Shown: positions 10,984-21,870 of the stretch, piece by piece | How the letters are laid out: each line of letters starts with the position of its first letter | Position numbering within the stretch: position 1 is the stretch's first letter | Origin: Podarcis erhardii | Taxonomy: Eukaryota | NCBI GenBank assembly: GCA_964252035.1 | Contig: OZ176206.1 | Reading direction: 5' to 3' (one strand) | DNA: 64,000 nt | Translations under genes and position numbers: made by a program | Notes under the pieces: model-generated | Databases searched by the model: none | The model's input: the letters and a program-made list of their open reading frames with translations, nothing else | What the model was told of the DNA's origin: nothing

Positions 10984-12682
10984 TATAAAAGGTGCCTGTA
11001 ATTTGGCAGGTTTCTTACCAAGGAACAGGTTTCTTGTTTATGCTGTTTTTATACATATTGCCTATAAAACAATACAGGTGATTAAAGGAATATATTTTTT
11101 TAACTACAAATTTGTAAGGTTGCCATTGCAGAAAAAAATGCTACCAATATCTTTCTGAAAGTTGGCACAATTCACCTCCTCAGAAAGGGCAACCATGCCT
11201 TCAAATTTCATTCAATCATGCCAACAAATTAAAAAAGTTAAAGACAGGGGTTTTTTGGGGGGGGTATTATGAATATTAATGATTAATAATTTGATTTTTA
11301 GCCTGCCCTTCCTCTCACAGCGGCAAACGACAAAAAGCAATAACAACAATGCAAAGTATTTAAAAGCATTTTAAAACTTCCTACTAAAACTTTAAGGTGC
11401 CCAACATAAAAACCGTGGGCATATTTGACTATAATCATGCAGTTACTATCAACCGAGCAGGGGCTAATATCCCTGCAAATTTCACCCGTTTTCCAGGTCA
11501 GGATTTGTATTCAGACCTCGATCTCTGAAGTACCTTGGGCCAAATCTTGCTCTTTTCTAAAGCACTGAACTGGGGTCTGAACCAAGTAGCGTGGCTGGCA
11601 CTTGCTCCTAATATCCAGTCCCAGTAAGTAATAGGCAACACAGACAGATCTAACTGCATGGGAAGAGACGTCAACATCATTTTTAAACACAGAGCGCTTT
11701 CCAGTAATTCAACAAGGGAGAGCCATCCAGGCCCTCGTGCCCAGACCCATTCCATAGCCTGTGTGTACACCAGCCCCAGTCTAAGAAACCCTGGGGCTCA
11801 CAACACAACCTGCGCCAAAACGTGACCCTCTGTCCTCTGCGGCACATGGGATTAGGAGAGACTCCGCTGTGTGCCAGGATCAACACCCGTTGGCAAGGCA
11901 GTGTGCCAGGGCTGTGCCACAGGGCCCCTGCTGCAAGGGCCCAGCTCCCTTCTCTTCCTGAAGGGCAACGTGCTGGCTTTGGAGCCTGGGGCAGTGGAGG
12001 ACCACCCAGGCGCTGGGACGTGAGGATTGCCCCGTCCTCACACACTACTCTGTAACAAAAACAAACTCCATTCTGCAGTGCTGGTGGTGGCAGTGCGGGT
12101 GGATGTGGAGAGGGGGGTGGGCGAGAAAAACATATTTCACAACCAGCCCAAACACCAGCACCTTTGCTGAGTGGCAGCAAACTGGACGGAGTGGTTTTTC
12201 TGGGGCGTGGTGATGCTGGAAAGCTCCGGGGAGTTGAGAGTGTCTTGGCTTTAGCCGAGGCGAGATGTAAAAGAGCAGCACCGCCAAGGAAGGGGGTCAT
12301 GCCCCCAAACATAGGTGCGCCAGTTCATAAGTGGGTGTTGGGTATATTCTGGGCCCCTTTATGAATCTAAGGATGCAATGCCATGTCAAAAAGGGGCCCT
12401 TTCTTCTCTAGAGGCAGAAGACCTGCTTGCAAAAGTGGTGAAAATGTTTATTAAGGGTGGGTGCAGGGGATGTAGATGTCTTCACTTGACAGCTATTTCA
12501 GTTTGTCCCACATTCAAAAAACCCTCTCCCCTTTCTCCACACTATGCATAATATTATACATCTCTATCATCTTATCCCAAAATGCTGTTGCAATCATTCC
12601 TCATAGAGGATTCATTCCTTGTTCACTTCAGTTGCCCTTTTATAAAACTTTCCCAATTCTACAGTATCCTTTTTGAAGTATA

Positions 12683-13034
12683 GTAAAGGTAGAGGGACCC
12701 CTGACCATTAGGTCCAGTCGTGGCCGACTCTGGGGTTGCAGTGCTCATCTCGCTTTACTGGCCGAGGGAGCCGGCATACAGCTTCTGGGTCATGTGGCCA
12801 GCAAGACTAAGCCGCTTCTGGCAAACCAGAGCAGCACACGGAAATGCTGTTTACCTTCCTGCCGGAGCGGTACCTATTTATCTACTTGTACTTTGACGTG
12901 CTTTTGAACTGCTAGGTTGGCAGGACAGGGAAAAAGCAACAGGAGCTCACCCCGTCACGGGGATTCAAACCGCCCATCTTCTGATCGGCAAGTCCTAGGC
13001 TCTGTGGTTTAACCCACAGCGCCACCCGCATCCC
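12683..13034 (-). mobile_element. Sauria SINE, full length
   Basis: tRNA-like head at 13034, Bov-B-type ACCTTTAC tail, 12-bp TSD TTTTGAAGTATA (12671-12682 / 13035-13046). Confidence 0.92.
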
Positions 13035-13439
13035 TTTTGAAGTATATGCACATTATTACAGATGCTGTTGCATCATCGATTTGTATTATATCAACAGTTC
13101 TGTTTTCACTTTCTTTCCGAATGATGCCTAGCATGAAATTCACATTTCCCATAAATGCCACACGCTAGGTCAACATATTAGAGATATCCACAATGACCCC
13201 AAGCATAGATGTAGCAGGATTTATGTTGGGGGAGCAGGACTTTTGGGGGGGGGGGCAGAACCAAGCTATCTGCAATGCGATTGGTCAGTCAGTTAAATAT
13301 TTTTTTATTTACTTGATTTGGGGAAGGGCAGCTAGCCCCCTGCCCATGCCCATGCCCCTAAGCTCCCATTCCTGGCAGTCACCACCAGTACAGACGCCCA
13401 TGAGTGTCTGTCTTAAATTATTATTATTTTTGCCCCAGT

Positions 13440-13950
13440 GTGCATCACTTGACATTTGCTTACAATGAATTACATTTGCCATTCTACTGCCCTTTCAATC
13501 AGTTTGGAGAGATTCCTTTGGAACTCTTCACAATCTCTTATTGTTTTAATGACCCTGAAAAAATTAGTATCATCAGCAAACCTGGCCACCTGCTCACTGC
13601 TCGCTCCTAATTCTAGATCATTTATGAGCAAGTTAAAAAGCACAGATTCCAATACCAATCCTTGGGGGACCCCACTTTCTCCATCTCACCATCAGAACTG
13701 TCCATTTATTCCTACTCTTTGTTTCCTGCAACTTAACTAATTCATGATCGGCAAGACGCCCTCGCCTCATATTCGATGACTGCTAAGCTTACCTAGGAGC
13801 CTTTGGTAAGGACCTTTTTGAAAGTCTTACGCAATGTCAAACTGGATCACCTCTGTCTATATGTTTGTTGAAACTCTCAGATAACTTACCTTTGCAGAAG
13901 CCACGCTGGTTCTGTTTCATCAAGACTTGTCCTTCTGTAGCGGGGTGGGC
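13440..13950 (-). mobile_element. CR1 RT fragment
   Basis: LFNLLINDLE...ARFADDTNFFRVIKT; QNQRGFCKGK. Confidence 0.85.
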
Positions 13951-16278
13951 AAACTTGATCAGGCCTGGGCCTGCATTCCCATCAGGACAACTTTCTGAGG
14001 GCCACATGCCAGGGGTGCATGAGGCTCGAGGCAAAAGTGAGCCAATAAATGAATGCAAATTTTATGTTTGTATACTTTCAAACCCACTCTCCCCATCTCT
14101 ATCCTCCACTCAGGCAACTAAGAGGTGTTATCAGCTTTCAAAGGGCATATTCCACCCAGGCAAACCCCCTCAAGAATGGCATGAAGTACGGCTGCTGAGA
14201 GGTGTGGTTTGAGAGGAGAGTCTCAAGGGCCAGACTGAGATGCCTGGAGGAACATATTTGGCTGCTGGGATGAAGGTTCCTTACCTCAACTCTATATCAC
14301 TGATCATTCTATCTAGAAGCATAAGAATAAGAAGTTTGGCTCTTTTGTTGTCAACTGTAATTCTGTGTGGCAGCACCAGTGGCCGAAGAAACACTCACAA
14401 AGGCTTTCTAGTATCACACATGGAAACAGGCCATGTTTTCACAGACATGCAACAGGAGGAGGAGGTGAGATTGAGGATGGGCCAAGCTCAAAGAGCTCCA
14501 GAATCTTCTGTACCATCCTGGAGCAAAGCCACCTCCAGGTTTTTGTGTACTCCAGGCAAGGGACCAGCAATGGACCTCTCACATACAGACACACGGAGAA
14601 GCACAGAGCCCTATATAAACATAGAAGACAGGAACACAAAGCTCCTTCACATACACAAACACATGTGAACCTAATGATCTGGGCTGCTCAAGAGCTGCAA
14701 GGTCAGCCAGTTCTAGAGTGGGGTGGGTGTGGAGGGAGATCAATGGGGAATGGAGTGCCTGAAAGGGGGGGGGGATTCCAAACCACCACCCTGGCTCAGT
14801 GATGGGGAAATACCTGTGGGAATCAGTGCTGCCTAGCGCCACTCTGGCAAGTGTGACGTTCTGTCACTGTGTCAAAGTGCAGGTCATTTTATGCCTCTTT
14901 TTATTTTTTATTTTTTTTAACTGGGTCAGCCAGTTTATACTTTCCATTTGAGCATTCCTTGGTGCTTTTCACTTTTAGAATGTTGCCTTGAGCTGCGGGA
15001 TGCCCAGACTCCACTGGACCAATCATTTTGCAGCACCCAGTACTCCAAGGCTCACTCAATCACCTTGAAATCCTTTGTCTGACCTTCAGTTTGATTCACA
15101 GTTTGTTTCTCCAGGGGAAGTTCAGCTTGGTCTACAGCAGTTTCTGGCTGTCTAGGCCGCAAACCAGCTTCATTATCTACAAACTCAGAAATTTTTGTAT
15201 CCAACAAAGTTTCTCACCCAGCGAATTATTTATGCCATTAGCTGGAAAATCTGTCCTATGGAACTCAGCAAGACTTCCTCTGGCTCTCTGGAGGTGGGCC
15301 AAAGCCTCCATCTGCTGGAATCCTAACTACTTTTTCTCATGAGTCATTCACATTGAATTCAGTGGGCCTTACTCCCAGGGAAGGCTTTGCGCATCTAGCC
15401 CCACTGTTCAACACTGTGAATTGCTCACCCCTTTCCCCTCCATCGTTCAAACACCGGAATGTTGCAGTATAAACAAATCTATACAAGAGACGGTTTTGTT
15501 TGGTACCAAAGGGGGGAGTTATTTGGGTGCAAAATACAGCATGTCTATGTTAGTGCAGAGTGTAAACTGTCCTCCCTAGATCCAGTCAGGCCTGGTTTTT
15601 TCATGTGCCAAGAAAAGGGTCAACACAGGCCAGTGAGCAGCCAGGAGGGTCCTTGTCCCCCCCACCCCATCCCTGTGCCAGGGATGCACCTCCCCACATC
15701 CCCTGCTGCCTCCTTCAGGCAGACTAATCTGGCCCCAAGGTCTCCTCCACCACCAGCATCTTCTCTGCCCCTTTTACACAAGTGTCCCATGAGGAGGCTC
15801 TGCTCTCCTTCAGCCGTCCTCTTTTGGCACCAGCAGCTGTTTACAAAACATGCCCCTCTGGGGGGGGGGGAGTTATCCTCAAAACCAGTTAGACTTACTA
15901 AAACGCCAAAGGGGAAAAAGCTCATTCCGGCTGTTTCTCTTGGAAACACTCGCTCAAGGTCAAAGTCTCACACGTCCTCGGCTTCTGCACGTACCACATT
16001 CTAGGTAAGACCAAATCCCTCCTCCTGCTGCTGCTGCTGCCCTAACATGTGCATCCCAAAGCAGGGCTTCTCAAGCTTTCTAATGTTGGGGATGGGGGCA
16101 GGAATACCCACACACCTATACAATGTGGCAGTGACTGGCACCAGATTTGGTCCCTGAAGCATCCCACCCAACCTGGGATGTGGTGGAGTTGCCATGGACC
16201 AGCAACTGTTGGTTTTTGGTCTGACACAGGCCCATGGACCAGTGCTTTGAGTAGGGCTGTTCTAATGAATCTCCACTT

Positions 16279-16432
16279 AGAACCATAGAACTGGAAGGGA
16301 CACCAAGGGTCATCTTCCAAGCCCCTGCAATGCAGGAGGAATCTCAGCTGAAGCATGACAGATGGCACCCATCCTCTGCTTAAAAACCTTCCAGGAAGGA
16401 GTGTCCACAACCTCCTGAGGGAGATGGTTCCA
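16279..16432 (-). mobile_element. CR1 3' end
   Basis: catagaactggaagggacaccaagggtcatc tail in reverse orientation. Confidence 0.75.
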
Positions 16433-17384
16433 CTTAAAGTCAAGCTTCTAGCCATTACGATGGTAAAGAAAGCTTTGGTCACCAGCAGCAAACAACCTGT
16501 GGCTACAAAGCCATTCAGCAAGGGGGTGGGCAGTGATGTTTGGCACAGGGTTCCCTTTTCACAATTCCTCCTAGACTTCATCAATACCCCCCCCAAATGA
16601 GTTTGGTATCTTGCCTCTTCCTGAGCAGAATAAACTTCCCAGTCAATTGAGTGGTCAATAAGGAGAAGCTAATGCCCTTTCCCTGCTTAGCCAGTTTGAG
16701 ATGCCAACAAATCTAGGAGAAATGAGATTCCATCTCATTCTGATGGAGCAAAAGGATGCTCATAGGATTCCTGTTCCATGGATTTTTTTTGGGGGGGGGG
16801 GAGGGAGACAATATTTTTTAAGCACAGTACTTTGCATGAGGATTGTACCCTCTGCTGCACCAGTAATACATACAATTTGCATAGGCTAATTTAGATGTAT
16901 GAATGGACATTTAGAAGTAGAATCAGCACTGCAGGGGGTACTATGACCAGGTCAGGCAACCTTTGATACCTGTTTGGATTTTTTTTGAAGTAGGGGTGGG
17001 AAAACACAAGTCAAGAGCCACCCATGAGTCTTAAAATGCCTGACAGACAGAATGTCCACAGCTGAAGCTTTCCCCCATAACCATGTTTCCATAAAGAAAA
17101 AGGTTAACCTGTTGAATTTCTGCAAGGCACACCAACTGTCAATGGCACAGGAATCCTGCTCTCCTTGAAGGCGAACACTGAACCAGGGAAGGAACTCAAG
17201 CTTCAGGAGTTGCGAAACTCTTCTGTTCCTGGAGGTCTCTCAGCAGCTGATGTTAGGCTGGCAATTCTCCACTGAGCGCAAGGCTACCTGTGGGACTTGG
17301 GACTGGGATCCTGAGGGCAAAGAGCTTGACAAGCTCCAAACACCCACATATCAATAAATTAATTGCTCAAAATAGCTTTTGGGG

Positions 17385-17760
17385 TACCTATTTTGTTATA
17401 CCTATTATTATTATTACTGAAATCTGTATCCAAAGATCACCCAAAGATCACAGGACAGTTCACAACATAAAAAAATACAAAATGGAAACACAAAATACAT
17501 AATAATGACCCGTCCTCCTACAAGCACATATAAAAGGTCACAGAATGTTTAATCAGCCCAAGGAAGGCCTGGTTATAAAGGTTTTTGCCTGGCGCCTGAA
17601 GTTATATAATAACTATTGCCACGCTATCAGCATGGGTCAAAGAACCACCCTTTTCCTTTTTTGAGCATAACGGATTTGAGCCTTTGGCACGAACATACTC
17701 ACTCATGGCGTTCCTACTATACAGAGAACAGGTGCTCACCTGAACTGCCTCCCTAATGAC
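17385..17760 (-). mobile_element. L2 LINE 3' fragment
   Basis: (ATT)n tail and gtttttgcctggcgcctgaag motif typical of squamate L2 ends (recalled). Confidence 0.55.
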
Positions 17761-20700
17761 TTTTTATCCCCGAGATCATTCCTGCTGAAACCCTCGCACC
17801 TGCTGTTGCCATTAGTATATTTGCTATTTTTGTTGGTTTGGCAATTTTGAGTTTTATTTGCATGTATGTAGCTTGTGGTTTGTATGTTTGGCTCTATTTG
17901 TACATCATCTCATATATTTGAGGTGCGGAACTTGAAATAATTTTGCTTTTTTTGTTGCAACAAAAAAAATTGCAACAAAAAATTGCTGAAACCAAAGGCA
18001 AAATAAAATGTTCATACCAGCAAACACCCACCCACCCACCTGAATGGCTCTCCCCATGTTTCAGCAACAAGCTACTTAACAGTGCCTCAGCCGCGTTTCC
18101 CTTTAAAAAACAGCAACAGATAACAACAGAGGGCCACACTGCAGGGTTGTTGTGAGCTCCTCTCTCTGTGTTCCTGCTCCTGGCAATATGGGCTGACATA
18201 ACCCAGCCTCTCTCACCCACTAGGTTTCTCCTGCAACAACATTTTTATTCTCTCTGCATGAGAAGGTTCCAGCCTTAAGCTGTCATTTGCTTTGAGAGTC
18301 GTGGAGGCTCCTGATTAATTTGTTTCTTTGAAGTGGATTATTTGGCCAGGCAAGCTGAAGAGTGGGCTGCTTCATCGGGGTGGGGGCTTGAATGATGGAA
18401 GTCATTTGGGCATGTGACCTGTGCCAGAACCTTGGAAACCTGTCGGTAAGACATGCTGGATCTTAGGCAACTGGGAAATATACTATCAGAACGCTTGGTT
18501 TTATTTATACAAAGGTAATAATGCACAAAGATCATATGATTAACTGATGAGATTTCTTGAATCAGATGACAGTTCCAGTTCTGAGCTTTTGGTAGAACAC
18601 TGAGACTGAATTCAATAAATGTGACAAAAAGAACAGCACAAGCCCAAGCGCTCGGCTTGGGGAGCAGGTGCCAGTTGAAGACAAGGAACAGGAGAGAGGG
18701 CCCCTTGTCCTTCTTCCCTTGTCTGCTCATCCTGCTTTTGCTGTCTGCTGCAAAAAAAGCAATCAACTAAAGGAAGATTCAGTGTGGCATAAAAACATGA
18801 TAAAACCTCCCACCAGTCTCAGAGGAGCAGCAGGATCTCTCTGGTTGGGGGCCAGATGATAGAAGAGTTACTTTTGCTGGAGGAACTGCACCCTCTGCAC
18901 CCCCACCAGACAGGGTCTTCCTCCCCCTTTGTTTTTGCTCCAGCTCCTCCTTCATACCACCTGCCTAGGAGTGCCAGAGCCTGAACTGGCCCCCCCTCTC
19001 CCCCAGAGACCCCTCCCCAGTCCGTCTGGCTGCAGCTCCTCCGGGGCAGGGAGCAGCCGTCAAGCAGGTGGGCGAGGAGACATCCTTGCCATTCCTGGTC
19101 CCCCTTCCTGCTTTGCTGCTCCGTGGAGGGGGGTCATAAATCCCCTGTGTCCCTAGTAAAGCCCTCAACAGCACAGGACACCTCAGGCTCCACATACCCC
19201 ATGCTCAAGCTTCTCTGCCCTCTTCCTCCTTTTCCAGAACACCCTACCCCAGTGCCTGTGCCTTACTGCTGACTTGCTGGGGGAGCACTAGTGGCACCCC
19301 CTAGGCCTGCATTATGGTGCAAGAGGTGAAACCGTCGCTTGAGGCAGCAAGATTTGAGGGTGGAATGATCAAGGGGATAGGCTCAGTGACGCAGAGGGAG
19401 AACGGAGAGCTGAACACCAGCCTTGAAAGACAGCAAAGGCTTCTCCTGGGGGCTCCCAATTTGTCTCTCGGGGCTGCTTAGGCCAGCTCTGGCCCTCCTC
19501 CATGCTGCCCACAGCCAAGGTGGTGCCTTCTCTGTTCTTTCCCTCCAGTGTATGGAGGAGGGAGGGCAAATCCAATACTCAGAAGGTGGCAGCAGCAGCT
19601 TCAGAGCCACATCCAAAGGTTGTAGAGGGAGCCAAGCTTTTCCTCTTGTCAATCAATTTCTACTTAGCAATCTCCTTCGTGAATCATGAGCCTCATCACT
19701 GGGCATGAGGGATCCTCTCTGGCAGGCTTTCCCGGGAATCAGCCCAGGACGGCAACTTCCCAAGTCTCGGAAACTTCCATTCATCAAGAAGCTATTGTTA
19801 CTCACTCTGTTAAATTGGATTTAAGTACCCAAGCCAGCTTCCAAGCTACCGGTTTTACAGTCACCATCCTCTTCATCCTAATAGCAAACTGTGGTGGCTG
19901 AGTGCCAACAGGATTGGAGCCAAAACAGGCAGGCGGGTGGGCAGGCGCTTCAACACATGGCAGAGTGAACCACGGGAGCACAAACACTTCTTTAAAAAAA
20001 TACACACAGGGAAGAGCGAGGAGGTGCAGATGCAGCCCAAGCAGGGCTGAGAAGGCTTCCTTTGGCTTCAAGGACCCATGGAACGCCAAGTGTCCCATTG
20101 TGTGCGAAAGATAGATGGTTGGCTTTAGCCCCTTCAGAAAAGCCCGTCGTGGAGCAAGAGGGGTCTGGTTGCCCAGCACCACCGGTGGCACATAAATAGT
20201 AAAAGTACTAAAATATCACTGTTATTTAGCATTATCTGTTTGTTTTCTTTTTGCTTCATTTTAGAATTTTAGTGTAGGTAACTTTGATAAGATTAGCAAA
20301 AAAAGAATTTAGGGGTGGGGGTTTTCATGGTCCCCTTCATCAGCTGATGCATTTCACAAAGTGGGATATAGCCAAAAAGGTTTTATGCCAGACCGTACTG
20401 GGTTTTAATACGGATGTGGAAAGGCCCACTCCCTGTTAGGAATATGCTCACCTTGTTGAAATTATTTCAAATTACCCTTTGAAAGTCACACAGATGTTTG
20501 GCTCAAGCCAAATGTGGTGGCAATCTGGCAGGACACAGTAACCCCAGGCAGTCAGCTCTGGGGCTTTGTTGCCACCTGCAGGCAGCCCTCGGAAGAGCAG
20601 GTGGCTCCTGTCCCTGCGGACCCTTTTCTCAGACTCCACAAGAGCGCTCTGGAAATGCCACCTCAGGGGGCCTCCAACACTCTGCTATAAGACCTCCATG

Positions 20701-20917
20701 CTCTGGGGCTTCATTCCAAAGGGGACCTTCCACTTCCCACCATGTTTCCCATCATTATAAGGAAAGCTTTCAGAAACAATAATGCTTAGCTAATGAAGGA
20801 AAGGTTATTGCCTTTTGTTCAATTTACTGACTTAAGAACAGCCTCTGTATACCAGCACAGAAATATTACAAAGAAAGAAACTTTGCCATTCTAACATCAG
20901 CCTGAATTGTAACAGCC

Positions 20918-20923
20918 TTTATT
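20918..20923 (-). terminator. Probable FHOD1 polyadenylation signal
   Basis: first minus-strand AATAAA I found downstream of the stop, about 870 nt after it. Confidence 0.55.
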
Positions 20924-21787
20924 TCTCATTATTCATTTGAACACCAGCCAACCACTGATTAGGAGCTCTATGCAACAGGGAAGCTGGCTGCCAGCTTTTT
21001 AAACCCTTGTTCAGGATTGTACCTGGACGGCAGCGGGAGGTGCCCAAATGTCCCCTCTGCTCACTCGGCTCTCCAGCTGCCCAGAACGGACCCTCAGGTT
21101 GGGACTGCTGGGAGTTTATCACACAGGGGATGCAGGCGACTCTGCTGCAGACAAACACAGGCCAGCAGAGCCTGTCTTGGGGGGGGGGTCAGGAAGAGGT
21201 TGTCCCAAGGCTCATTGGGCTCAGGGCTGCCCAGGGAGGTGGCTCCATCCCACAGTCAGGAGTGGACGGGCTTGCAGAAGGGCTGTGGACTATTTGACCT
21301 GCTAAGTAGGAGAAGTCCCAGGAGAGAGAGAGGCTAATTGATTTGGAGCCAGGTGGCTCCCAGCAGCCAGGTAGCCAACTCTCTCGTTCCTGAGCCATGC
21401 CCCTCAATCAGGAGCTGGACGGAAACAGTCTAAACACAACACACACACACACACACACACAATAATACTTTTCTAGGCAGGTGGAGTCCCTCCCCCACAC
21501 TTTGAGAAAGTCTTTGCACAGCATGGCCAGCACTGCCCCCCCCCCCCCAGCTGCACCACAGTCAGGAGAAGGTGAGGGGGCTGGCTTCAGGGAGTGACAA
21601 AAGCTAAACATGCTGGCAAGGTTCCACTCGAGGCAAATCTGGTGATGAGTGTCTCCCACGTAGAACTGTGCAGGTATCACAGGGCTCTGCTGGACACACA
21701 AGCAGTGGCCAGCCCCAGCTTCCTCCAGCCGATGGGCAGTCTGCTCTACCTCAGAAGCTCCTCCAAGGCCACAGGCCCTCTTCGCCA

Positions 21788-21870
21788 TCACACAGCTACT
21801 CCAGCCGCCTGTGCCAGGCCCAGAGCCTGGACAAGTTCGTCGCTGAGGCCATTCTTCAGGGTGCGCCTCA
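21788..21870 (-). CDS. FHOD1: FHOD1 last coding exon ([27 protein letters not shown])
   Basis: TTCTTCTCAG| acceptor; TGA at 21790-21788. Confidence 0.95.

Noticed and set aside
15040-15210. ~53-codon acidic open frame and WVRNF motif on the minus strand
   Set aside because: No start or convincing splice pair; at most an ancient LINE remnant
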